Position numbers and translations under genes: made by a program. Positions 18,964 to 27,387 of a stretch of 42,538 nt of DNA are shown piece after piece (positions within the stretch are counted from its first letter, which is position 1; every line of letters begins with the position of its first letter). Source of the DNA: Candidatus Nanopelagicales bacterium (GTDB taxonomy: Bacteria; Actinomycetota; Actinomycetes; S36-B12); assembly GCA_044240285.1 (NCBI GenBank), contig JBIHZU010000001.1:1-42538 (forward strand), given 5' to 3'. Below the pieces are notes generated by a model. It saw only the letters and a program-made list of their open reading frames with translations. It made no database searches and was not told the origin of the DNA.

Positions 18964-19731
18964 CTATTGAGTAACGCGGGAGACCTCGAAAGTCATCCGC
19001 ATGGCGTCCTTGCGGTCTTGCTCGGTGCAAGGGGGATTGATCACCACGACGTCGACAGTAGCCGGAGGTCCTTGCTCAGATTTGTCGAAGGTATGGAGGA
19101 AAACGACCACTGCGGCGGGTCCGCCCTTGAACGTGGCCCGGTCGACCACTAGGGCCGGTGGCAGGTTGTGATCTCCAGCGAGCGCAACAAGGCAGTCGTG
19201 GAGAGCGGTGATGTCTGTCGTCATGTCGGGGGCGCTTCCGGACTTCGCTATGGGCGTAGGAGGTTCGGGGTTAGCTGCGGCGATCATCTTTGCTGGGGAG
19301 TCCATTCCGACCCGATTGAGAAGGCCGCCAACTTGGGTGGGTAGCCCCACTTCGTCGTAATCCGTGCCGGTTGCCACCACATGGCGGGCTGGGACCAGGT
19401 CCAAGGTGACCGGCTCGAGGCTCACCGCGGCCGAGGTCTCCTTGGGGCCATCGGCGACATTGGCGCCGGTGTTGATCATGGTGGGGAGGATGACGGCAGT
19501 GGCCACGATGGCGACTCCGGCTACGGCCGCCCCGGGTAGCCAACGACGACGCCGCGCGGATGGGGCAGCGGTGATGGCAGCGACCTGTGGCGCCGCCTCC
19601 GCCGACAGGGCCGTGGCAAGCCGATTCCATACGGCTTCGGGCATGGCTACGTCAGAAAGGTTGCGCAGAAGCTCGGCCATCTCAGCGGTCTCCGGCGTCT
19701 CCTCGACGTCGTATTCCTCGTTGTCGTTCAC
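18964..19731 (-). CDS. Anti-sigma factor (single-pass membrane, partner of the upstream ECF sigma)
   Basis: 4-nt overlap with the sigma gene stop. Acidic N-terminus, one TM (WLPGAAVAGVAIVATAVILP) and an extracytoplasmic C-domain. Position equals the anti-SigM gene in mycobacteria. Confidence 0.7.
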   Translation of the reverse strand: MNDNEEYDVEETPETAEMAELLRNLSDVAMPEAVWNRLATALSAEAAPQVAAITAAPSARRRRWLPGAAVAGVAIVATAVILPTMINTGANVADGPKETSAAVSLEPVTLDLVPARHVVATGTDYDEVGLPTQVGGLLNRVGMDSPAKMIAAANPEPPTPIAKSGSAPDMTTDITALHDCLVALAGDHNLPPALVVDRATFKGGPAAVVVFLHTFDKSEQGPPATVDVVVINPPCTEQDRKDAMRMTFEVSRVTQ

Positions 19732-20366
19732 TGCTCACCTCCTAAGTCGTCGTGGAGTGTGACGATTCGATTCGAGTCTGGGTTCCTCAGATGAGCCAAA
19801 GTCTGTGCGAGTTTGGCCCGACCTCGAAAGCACCGGCTCTTCACAGTGCCCGGCGGGCATTCCAGCATTCTCGCAGCCTCGTCCACGCTCCAGCCTTCGA
19901 TGTCCACGAGGACGATGGCGGCGCGCTGGTCTGGGGGAAGCAGGGCTAGGGCCTGATCGATCTCCATGGATAGTTCCCGGGCAGTCATGGCGTCATGCGG
20001 ATCGGTCAACGCGCGCCGGTCGGCGAGCAGCGAGCGATCGCCGACCCCCTCGCCGTCACCCTCGTTGGGGAGGGGGACCCACGGACGTACGGCTCGGCGC
20101 CGCATTCGGTCCAGGGCTGCGTTGACCACTATCCGATGCAACCACGTGGTGACCGCTGAGTCACCTCGGAAAGTCTCTGCCCGTCGGTAGGCGGAAATTA
20201 GGGCGTCCTGGAGAGCGTCGGATGCCTCTTCGGGATCCCCAACGGTCCGCATAGCCACCGACCAGAGCCGATCCTTATGGCGACGGACGAGTTCGGTGAA
20301 GGCCAGTGGGTCACCTTCGACGTGGGCGGCGAGGAGTTCGGCGTCGCTGCGCTCGTCCGGGGCCAC
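19728..20366 (-). CDS. sigM: ECF RNA polymerase sigma factor (SigM-like by synteny)
   Basis: Region 2 (RHKDRLWSVAMRTVGDPEEASDALQDALISAYR) and region 4 (AAIVLVDIEGWSVDEAARMLECPPGTVKSRCFRGRAKLA). Lies between the murJ/pseudokinase genes and trxB, as for Rv3911. Confidence 0.88.
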   Translation of the reverse strand: MAPDERSDAELLAAHVEGDPLAFTELVRRHKDRLWSVAMRTVGDPEEASDALQDALISAYRRAETFRGDSAVTTWLHRIVVNAALDRMRRRAVRPWVPLPNEGDGEGVGDRSLLADRRALTDPHDAMTARELSMEIDQALALLPPDQRAAIVLVDIEGWSVDEAARMLECPPGTVKSRCFRGRAKLAQTLAHLRNPDSNRIVTLHDDLGGEQ

Positions 20367-20383
20367 CCGACAAGCCTAGGGGG

Positions 20384-21829
20384 TCAGCCCCGGACCAGTG
20401 CCTCGCGTACGCCGCCGACGTATCCGCCGGTGTCGGCCAGCGGCAATCCGGTGAACCACAGCAAGACGTATTGCCCCACGACCGGACGAGGTGCGCGAAG
20501 GTCGATCTCGTTGGCTGCCCCAACCGCACGGGCCAACTCAGTCCATTTTGCCGGGTCCTTGAATATCGTTGAACTCAGTCGTACTTGCACCGAACTGCCG
20601 TTGCCGACGAGCTTTAGCGACACCGCGCTCACAGAACGTGCTGAGCCAAGGTCAAGAACGATTCCGGTGCCGCGGTTGCCGTTGAGGTCGGAGGTGGAGA
20701 ACCTACCGGTTTTCCATTCGGTGAGTTCACTGCCATCAATTGCCAATTTTGGATTCAACTTTGAGCCCTGTTCAAGGGCGAAGGGATCAAAAAGGGAAAC
20801 ACCCACAGGGATGAAGGTGCCGGCCGGTGCATCGTCGCCGGAGATAGCTAGCGGAGTGGGAGATGCAGTCTTGGTGAAGATTTCGCTGATACTAGCTCGT
20901 TCGGCAGTGCCCCATGGTGAGGCTGCATTTGTGAACGTGACGACACCAAACACCGAGACAATGGCGACAATCATCAGACTTGCGGCGACCCCCGCCATGC
21001 GGCCGAATGTTCGATGCGGTCGGCTACGTCGCTGGGAAGGTGCAACTCTCGGGGCGCGCCGCCCTTCGAGTTGTCCTTGAATCACTCGTAGGGCATCAGC
21101 GAAGTCGCGCATCTGTGTGAAGTGAACAGCACCACGAACAGTTCCTGCACCGATCACGGATCGGGCGATAAGTACGTCCATCGCGGTCGGCACTTCTGCA
21201 GTCACTTGAGAGGGAAGAAGTATGTGATCACCTGATCTCGGGGCAGCAGCGACACCATCGACCATGCCGTCTGGCCACCGTCCGGTGAGACCTGCATAGA
21301 GCAACGAGCCCACTCCGTGAATGTCGGCGGCGATGCCATCTGCGGAGGTGCCCCATAGTGCTGCGTCAATCCCCACTCCACGCACTCTGACCTCGTCGTC
21401 CTGCGTCATCAGGACGCTGGATGGACGTAGTCGACCATGTGTGCGGCCGGTGGCGTGCACGTCAGCGAGAGCTGAGGCGACATGCACTGCTACACGTGTG
21501 GCTGCCACGACACCCAGTGGTTCGCCATCGCGGTTCTCGTAGGTATCGGCAAGCGTGCGGCCCGGAACCCATTCGCACACAATCATGACGTGCTCGGGGG
21601 TCGTCACCACGTCAAGGATTCGGACAAGGGCCCGAGCTTCGAGGCTGGCCGCGTCACGCGCGGCGGCAGCCACGGTCTCGGCACGAGGGTCATCTGCGGC
21701 AATGACAGTTATTGCCACCGGGCGTCCGAGCGCGGGGTCTTCTCCGCGCCACAACGTCACTCCCTGGGAGCGCGACACGAGATGCTCCAAGGAGTAGCGC
21801 CCTGCGTGAAGCGGGATCGATGACGTCAC
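20384..21829 (-). CDS. Ser/Thr-kinase-like pseudokinase with TM segment and extracellular discoidin-like domain
   Basis: Kinase fold is recognisable but catalytic motifs are degenerate: VAITV instead of VAIK, HGRLRPSSV instead of HRDLKPxN, and no DFG. One TM (MAGVAASLMIVAIVSVFGVV). The C-terminal domain has AIDGSELTEWKT...GQYVLLWFT, F5/8-type-C-like. It corresponds to the C-terminal half of M. tuberculosis MviN/MurJ (Rv3910). Confidence 0.8.
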   Translation of the reverse strand: MTSSIPLHAGRYSLEHLVSRSQGVTLWRGEDPALGRPVAITVIAADDPRAETVAAAARDAASLEARALVRILDVVTTPEHVMIVCEWVPGRTLADTYENRDGEPLGVVAATRVAVHVASALADVHATGRTHGRLRPSSVLMTQDDEVRVRGVGIDAALWGTSADGIAADIHGVGSLLYAGLTGRWPDGMVDGVAAAPRSGDHILLPSQVTAEVPTAMDVLIARSVIGAGTVRGAVHFTQMRDFADALRVIQGQLEGRRAPRVAPSQRRSRPHRTFGRMAGVAASLMIVAIVSVFGVVTFTNAASPWGTAERASISEIFTKTASPTPLAISGDDAPAGTFIPVGVSLFDPFALEQGSKLNPKLAIDGSELTEWKTGRFSTSDLNGNRGTGIVLDLGSARSVSAVSLKLVGNGSSVQVRLSSTIFKDPAKWTELARAVGAANEIDLRAPRPVVGQYVLLWFTGLPLADTGGYVGGVREALVRG

Positions 21830-21867
21830 TACCCAAGCCTAAGCAGTGTGGGCCCCGGAAGCGGTGT

Positions 21868-23577
21868 TCAACTGGCCACCGGCTTGCGACGCAGACGTCG
21901 AATTCGTCCGGTAACTAAAGCCAAAGACTCAGACACCTCGGTGATGCGCAATATGCGGGCGAGTAGTAGGTAGGTGCCACTCCCCACTGCCACGACCACA
22001 ATCACGTTGATGAGCACTGCGAAGTGCGTAGCGTTACCGAACAAGAAATTGATAAGCAGGTATTGAGCGATGGCCATAATGAGTAGCGCTATGGTGCCGG
22101 CGAGCACCATTCGAAGCAATGACCTCACGGTGCTGCCTATGGAGAGTGACTTCCAGCCAGCTCCACGCTTGCGAAGCTTGCGCGCAAGAAGGAACCAGGC
22201 AAGAACAAATGCCACCCAGAAACCGACCACATAGCCGAGCGCCAGCATCGCAATCTGTACGCCACCGGTAGTTGAGTAGAACAAGGGAATCGCTACTACG
22301 AGTGTGGCCACGTTGAATGCAACACTGATCCAAAACGGTGTCTTCGTATCTTCAAGCGCGTAGAACCCGCGGAGCACGACGTACCAAAGACTGAATGGCA
22401 ATAGACCAACCATGAACACCGACACAATCGAACCCATCAACGCCGCCTGGGCCGTTGTTGCTGCGCCATATCCGAAGAGCAAGACGGCAATACCCGGACC
22501 AATGACCATCAGAATCACGCCAATCGGCACGATAAAGGACGCAACGAGTCGCATCGTGCTGGTGATGTCGCGACCGACCTGCTCCATTTGGCCACTATGT
22601 GCGATGCGACTTAGCGAAGGAAGCATCGCAGTAACGATGGAGATCGTGATCACACTCTGCGGGAGCATGAAGATCAGGTTGGCTTTTTGGTAGGTCGTTA
22701 AACCTGCCGCAACCGTGCCCGCATCTGTAGCGCTGACATTCGCGAGTGTCGCCAGACGTGTGATGACGACATAGCCCGCCTGGTTGACCACCACGAGTCC
22801 GAGTGTCCAGATCGCGAGGGTGCCGGCCTTTCCAAGACCATGTCCTCGCCAGTCAAAGCGTGGCCGCCACACATACCCTGCCTTCCAGAGGACGGGTAAG
22901 AGCACAAGTGCCTGCAGGGCAACGCCGATTGTCGTGCCAAGACCAAGCAGCAGAACTTGATCGGAGGAAAGTTGTCCGTCTGCAGCCGCTGTAGTGCCGG
23001 CGATGACGATGAACGTCACGAACGTCGCTATGGCGATGACATTAGCGATGATCGGGGCAAACATGGGTGCGCCGAACTTGCCGCGCGAGTTAAGTACCTG
23101 ACTGAGTAAGGCAAATGCGCCATAGAAGAAGATCTGCGGCAGGCATAGCCGCGCAAACGCTGTCGCTAGTTCGCGTTGGTCTGATCCGTACTGTGCGGTG
23201 GAATACACGTCCACAATCCACGGCGCGAGCAGGACAGCCGCGACGGAAAGCACCAAGAGTGAGAGGAAGGTGATTGTCAGCAGGCGATCTGCGTAGGCCC
23301 GACCATTGTCTGCGTCGTCTTTCATTCGTCGTACGAGTTGCGGAATAAAGATCGCGTTGAGTGCGCCACCGATGACGAGGATGTAGATGATATTGGGCAA
23401 CGTGTTGCCTAATGAAAATGCATCGGATACGAGATAAAAACCCAGTGCTGCCGTCATCGCGATGTCGCGCATGACACCTGTTACGCGTGAGGCGACGGTC
23501 CCCGCTGCCATGATCGCGCTGGATGACAATAGCCCTGCGTTCGTGACACTTGGCCCATGAGACTGGTTTTCGATCAC
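21868..23577 (-). CDS. murJ: Lipid II flippase MurJ/MviN
   Basis: 569 aa, polytopic, with N-terminal MAAGTVASRVTGVMRDIAMTAALG. GTG start overlaps the upstream gene stop (GTGA). Confidence 0.92.
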   Translation of the reverse strand: MIENQSHGPSVTNAGLLSSSAIMAAGTVASRVTGVMRDIAMTAALGFYLVSDAFSLGNTLPNIIYILVIGGALNAIFIPQLVRRMKDDADNGRAYADRLLTITFLSLLVLSVAAVLLAPWIVDVYSTAQYGSDQRELATAFARLCLPQIFFYGAFALLSQVLNSRGKFGAPMFAPIIANVIAIATFVTFIVIAGTTAAADGQLSSDQVLLLGLGTTIGVALQALVLLPVLWKAGYVWRPRFDWRGHGLGKAGTLAIWTLGLVVVNQAGYVVITRLATLANVSATDAGTVAAGLTTYQKANLIFMLPQSVITISIVTAMLPSLSRIAHSGQMEQVGRDITSTMRLVASFIVPIGVILMVIGPGIAVLLFGYGAATTAQAALMGSIVSVFMVGLLPFSLWYVVLRGFYALEDTKTPFWISVAFNVATLVVAIPLFYSTTGGVQIAMLALGYVVGFWVAFVLAWFLLARKLRKRGAGWKSLSIGSTVRSLLRMVLAGTIALLIMAIAQYLLINFLFGNATHFAVLINVIVVVAVGSGTYLLLARILRITEVSESLALVTGRIRRLRRKPVAS

Positions 23578-25691
23578 GAATTGACCACCGATCCTGTTTC
23601 GAGTTCAGAAGCACTTTTCCTTCGGCGCTGCCGTACACGCCGATAGATATCGAAAAGCACCATAAGTGCGAGAAGAACAGCAGCACCGACTGTGAACCAG
23701 CGCGCAGCCCTTGAGTAGGCGGTTGTCTTCAATTGCATTGCTGACGATACGCCGAACTGAGTGTCGTTGCCATCAAGTAACTGAACCGACACTTGCACGG
23801 CGTCACTACCTACCACGCGAACGGGAACCACAACACTTGCTCGTTTCCCAGGCTCAATCACAATGTCGGTCACTGTTTCCGCAACTAGTCTGGCTGAGGG
23901 AGTGCCGACTAGGCGGAGCCCCACGGTCACTCGTTGGTCGAGATCGTTGGCGATCGTCACCGGGATGCTTCCGGTGTCTCCACTCAAGATCACGTCATTG
24001 CGGCCGATTACACGGATGGAGTTCTGGGTGTTGTTGAGTGCTGAATCAACTGAGTCGATGAGCGCTTCGCCGTCGTTGATGCGGAAAGTCCATGCCATGG
24101 ACTCAGCACGCAGCAAAGTGGCCAAGGCAGGTTCGGTGAGAGATGTCGGATCTGCGAGCACAGTCGACAAACTTGTGAGTGTGTCCTGTGCCTGCTTGAT
24201 ACGACTGAAGTAATAGGCGGGAAGTTCTAGAGATTTGCCTGCATAGGGCGCGGTTGTGCGAGGAATAGCGCTCGGCGCATCTGCGAGTACTACACCGAGA
24301 GGCACCGGGTCAATCCACGAAGTGGTGTGTACGACTCGCAGGAGGTCACGCAGTAAGGCACCGGAGAAATCCCAGCGCGGACTCGATGGACCGGCAATAA
24401 GGGTGCGGGGAATGTCGGGTGCTTCCGTAGCCACGAAAGCGAGTTCGGCCAGGAATCGTTGACGGGCAAGGAGAATTTGAGTCGATGTCTGTTGGCGCAT
24501 CGAGAGTGATTCACGCAGTCCCGTATCGAGCAGTATTGCGCGAAGCGGTCCATCAGCGGTGTTTAGCTCGGCAGATCCGGAAGGCGTTATTGCAGAATCG
24601 CTAGCGGGCAAGGCGGAATCGCGCATCACAAAGACCTGTACACCACTGCCTGCAAGGACTTCGATGGTTCCCGGGTCGAACCCTCCACTAGGTGCCCAGG
24701 CAAGTCCGCCCTGTGGGGTGTGACCGAGGGCGTCACTCGTCGTTCGATCCGCGGTCGTTATCGCGCGAACTAGATCTCGATCAAGTCCATTGCGATGCAA
24801 GCCACCAGCGTCGACATCTGCGTAGGGCAGCGTCCACACACTGGATTGGGTTCCCCGTGCGGTCGCATCGTTGAGCAATGTGATCCACGCTTTGGCCTGC
24901 CCTGACCGAGTGCCTGGCTCAACGTTGCCGTCAATGTCCACGAGGTAACCCTCTGTCATCGCCTTGACTGTTTGGAGAAGTGCGGGGTCGGCGACCCAGG
25001 TGACATCGGTGGAGTACTTCGTGCCAATCTCGACGAGATTGCGCAGGCGACCCCCCGGAGAGATTTCCTCGGGCGTTGTGTCACTGAGAAGCACGCCGCG
25101 CTCGTCGCGTGCAGGGGAGTCAGCCAAGGGCCATACCCATGCGAGTCGGGTAGGACTGAGCTGTTCTGAGGTAGGCATCCACGGCAACAACGTGCGTGCC
25201 ATTCCGCGGCGGTCGTAGTTTGTGCCGTCGCTGGCGACGACTTCGACACCCAGCGCGTATGCACCCGGGGTGCTCACGGGAAGCGAGCTGGCAGGCAACT
25301 CAATACGAAATGGTGCTCGTCCGCCGACTCCAAGTACAGCTGCAACATTTACCGTCGAGCCATAGACAACGTCACCGTCCCAGGATGGATTGCCTGCGGT
25401 AACTCGGCCCAGTTGTGCCCGATTCGCCAATGGACCGTACGACAACCGCAACTGGACCATTACGTCGTCAAATTCAGTGAACGACGCATTGGCGACATTG
25501 CCAGCGATGATGAGGGTGCCCTTCTCCGTGAGGATTGAGGGACTCAAACGCGTAAGGGTGACACGTACCGGATCGGGGGTGTCAGCCGTAGGAGCCGCAA
25601 CTAGTGAAGCCGTTGCTGGAGCTCCCCCTAGGGCACTTGCGAGTCCCAGCAGAGTGAGGGCAGCTGCGCACAGCGCCAGCAACCGCCTCAT
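23574..25691 (-). CDS. Large secreted/membrane-anchored conserved actinobacterial protein (DUF6049-like, Rv3909 position)
   Basis: 705 aa with signal peptide [23 protein letters not shown] and a C-terminal TM followed by a basic tail. Translationally coupled to NUDIX upstream (1-nt overlap) and murJ downstream (4-nt overlap). The family name is assigned from synteny and memory only. Confidence 0.7.
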   Translation of the reverse strand: MRRLLALCAAALTLLGLASALGGAPATASLVAAPTADTPDPVRVTLTRLSPSILTEKGTLIIAGNVANASFTEFDDVMVQLRLSYGPLANRAQLGRVTAGNPSWDGDVVYGSTVNVAAVLGVGGRAPFRIELPASSLPVSTPGAYALGVEVVASDGTNYDRRGMARTLLPWMPTSEQLSPTRLAWVWPLADSPARDERGVLLSDTTPEEISPGGRLRNLVEIGTKYSTDVTWVADPALLQTVKAMTEGYLVDIDGNVEPGTRSGQAKAWITLLNDATARGTQSSVWTLPYADVDAGGLHRNGLDRDLVRAITTADRTTSDALGHTPQGGLAWAPSGGFDPGTIEVLAGSGVQVFVMRDSALPASDSAITPSGSAELNTADGPLRAILLDTGLRESLSMRQQTSTQILLARQRFLAELAFVATEAPDIPRTLIAGPSSPRWDFSGALLRDLLRVVHTTSWIDPVPLGVVLADAPSAIPRTTAPYAGKSLELPAYYFSRIKQAQDTLTSLSTVLADPTSLTEPALATLLRAESMAWTFRINDGEALIDSVDSALNNTQNSIRVIGRNDVILSGDTGSIPVTIANDLDQRVTVGLRLVGTPSARLVAETVTDIVIEPGKRASVVVPVRVVGSDAVQVSVQLLDGNDTQFGVSSAMQLKTTAYSRAARWFTVGAAVLLALMVLFDIYRRVRQRRRKSASELETGSVVNS

Positions 25692-26143
25692 CAGCCGGCG
25701 TCAGCCAATAATTCAGGAACCCGGTCGACGAGGCGGCGCTCGTCGGCATAGGCAAGGCGCCGAGTTACTTCATTGAGGGGTACCCACGCCACCTCAGAGA
25801 CTTCGGCGTCAGCGTCGGACAGGACACCACCGGACGCTTCCATGAGGAAGTGGTGCACCGTCTTATGAATCCGACGTCCATCAGCCACGAACCAGAAGTC
25901 AATCGTGCCCAATGGCGCCAGAAGCCGTCCCCTTATGCCCGTTTCTTCCTCGACCTCACGAACCGCTGCGTCCTCTGTGCTCTCCCCTGCCTCAATGTGC
26001 CCCTTGGGGAGAGACCATAGGAGTCGGCCACGCCGGTCTCGACGCCCGATGAGGGCCGCCAGGGGGATATCTGCGCCTCGGTCGAGCACTAGACCGCCAG
26101 CACTCGTCTCCTCCACCCGTTGGAGGCGGCGGGAGGGAGTCAT
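25691..26143 (-). CDS. NUDIX hydrolase (MutT4-like position)
   Basis: Nudix box [23 protein letters not shown] fits GX5EX7REUXEEXGU. 150 aa. Confidence 0.9.
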   Translation of the reverse strand: MTPSRRLQRVEETSAGGLVLDRGADIPLAALIGRRDRRGRLLWSLPKGHIEAGESTEDAAVREVEEETGIRGRLLAPLGTIDFWFVADGRRIHKTVHHFLMEASGGVLSDADAEVSEVAWVPLNEVTRRLAYADERRLVDRVPELLADAG

Positions 26144-26376
26144 GCTTGCCAGAATAACTACAACTGGGGCTCATGCCCGGCCGCGGCGCGAGTGATCTAG
26201 CCCCGGGGAGGTCTCTCCCACATCATCGAGGTCCCATTGGCCGAGGTGTGTCTGCCCTCCATGTCGCTCCCGAGTAACGGGCGACGACGGCACATGGCTG
26301 TCGCAATCGGGAGGCCTCGCCTATGCATTCCTTCGAATGGAGGTGACGATCCACTGCAACTCGGCTCAGCGTGTCT

Positions 26377-26395
26377 GAGAATGATTATCATTCTC
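26377..26395. promoter_or_regulatory. Perfect 9-1-9 palindrome resembling a Fur-family (Fur/Zur-type) operator
   Basis: GAGAATGAT T ATCATTCTC is a perfect inverted repeat. It is close to the classic Fur box GATAATGATAATCATTATC. Its 3' end is 47 nt upstream of the HU-like start codon, in a locally AT-rich patch. A TATGGT -10-like hexamer lies at 26398-26403. Confidence 0.5.
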
Positions 26396-26442
26396 GTTAT
26401 GGTTGAATGGTTCGACAGCGCATTACGATCAAGGAGGACTCA

Positions 26443-26721
26443 ATGAACCGTTCCGAACTCGTCTCGGCGGCCGGCGATCGGGCGGGTCTGTCCCCCGACG
26501 ACGTCGATCGCGCACTCACCGCCTTGATTGCGGCCATCACCGACGAGGTCGGCGCGGGCGGCCGGGTTGCGCTACTGGGTTTCGCGACGTTCGAGAGTGT
26601 TCAACGCGAGGAGCGGCTGGGCCGCAACCCGCAGACCGGCGAGCCGATGACCATCTCCGCGCGCAGGGCCGTGCGGATAACGGCGGGGTCCGCGCTCAAG
26701 CGCGCCGCCACCGGCGGCTGA
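26443..26721 (+). CDS. hup: HU-family DNA-binding protein
   Basis: MNRSELVSAAGDRAGLSPDDVDRALTALIAAITDEV...GRVALLGFATFESVQREERLGRNPQTGEPMTISARRAVRITAGSALK is colinear with bacterial HU, including the RNPQTGE arm. AAGGAGG at 26431-26437 precedes ATG 26443. The track ORF start 26407 is an N-terminal over-extension. Confidence 0.88.
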   Translation: MNRSELVSAAGDRAGLSPDDVDRALTALIAAITDEVGAGGRVALLGFATFESVQREERLGRNPQTGEPMTISARRAVRITAGSALKRAATGG

Positions 26722-26975
26722 TGGACCTGCCTCGCCTCGGACGGCTCAAGTCGCTGCGCCGCCGCCCCAAGCACGTTGCGCACGGCCCAGTCGTGGGCCT
26801 CATTGACCAGCGCGGCATCCCGACGCATGAGTGCCTGAACTGCGGGTGCACCGTCTTCGTCATTCACGCTGTGTTCGAGGACTACGACATCACCGGCTGG
26901 TACCTGGAGGGCTCCTGTTCGTGCTGTGGCAGCCCCCTGACCGTCCCGTGCCCGGTGGACGACCCCGAGCGGTAG
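26721..26975 (+). CDS. Cysteine-rich (zinc-ribbon-like) hypothetical protein
   Basis: ATG 26721 overlaps the HU TGA by 1 nt (TGATG). The 84-aa product is MDLPRLGRLKSLRRRPKHVAHGPVVGLIDQRGIPTHECLNCGCTVFVIHAVFEDYDITGWYLEGSCSCCGSPLTVPCPVDDPER. It has CxxCxC and CxCC clusters 26 residues apart. Third codon positions are very G/C-rich, typical of real high-GC coding sequence. I do not recognise any family. Confidence 0.6.
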   Translation: MDLPRLGRLKSLRRRPKHVAHGPVVGLIDQRGIPTHECLNCGCTVFVIHAVFEDYDITGWYLEGSCSCCGSPLTVPCPVDDPER

Positions 26976-27099
26976 CGATGGACAGCCATCCGGACGAGCC
27001 CCCGTCCCGAGGTGCGGTGGACGACGAGCATGAGGTAGTCGCAGGCCGTCGCCCAAGCAGGCAGAGGGTCGTGGTGGGGGAAGTCCTCCACCGTTTGGC

Positions 27100-27387
27100 G
27101 TGCTGATGGCGATCACATTGATCACTGCTCCGGCCGTCGCGGCCCGCCTGCTGGTTCCTCGCCTGTCGCGCTCGGTGCCACTCGCCAGCGCACTCGGAGC
27201 CCTCGCCGGGTTTGCCGGGCTGCTGCTGAACTACCACCTGGCCCTGCCCACAGGACCGACGATCGCGATCGTCGCTGTCGGCGAGGTCGCCCTGGCATCG
27301 CTGGTCGCACGCCCGTGGGCTGGACGGCGAGCCCCGGTCGAACTCGCCCACATGCCGCAAGCGCCTTCCCGGGTCGGTGCCCCGTGA
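27100..27387 (+). pseudogene. 3' stump of an ABC-3 family metal (Zn/Mn) ABC transporter permease
   Basis: LMAITLITAPAVAARLLVPRLSRSVPLASALGALAGFAGLLLNYHLALPTGPTIAIVAVGEVALASLV matches the last two TM helices of ZnuB/MntB-type permeases, which are about 290 aa in full. The in-frame sequence upstream of 27100 has no such similarity and hits a stop at 27031. Confidence 0.6.

Noticed and set aside
20367-20460. Search for an ECF (SigM-type) autoregulatory promoter upstream of the sigma gene.
   Set aside because: Only weak GGATAC ... GTCCGG matches were found, with a spacing of about 24 nt, which is too long. I am not confident of the consensus from memory, so no feature is called.
26197-26391. 64-aa minus-strand ORF, and the 69-aa plus-strand ORF at 26237-26446, in the NUDIX/HU spacer.
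   Set aside because: Neither has an SD. The minus-strand ORF starts inside the Fur-like palindrome. The products have no recognisable motif, and I compared them mentally with Zur-regulated ribosomal protein paralogs. The region is better described as a regulatory or structured spacer.
26371-26400. CTGAGA next to the palindrome, reminiscent of the TPP riboswitch core.
   Set aside because: None of the other conserved TPP-riboswitch elements (the pyrimidine-sensor helix, or the ACCTGATCTGGATAATGCCAGCG-like segment) are present, so it is a coincidental hexamer within the palindrome.
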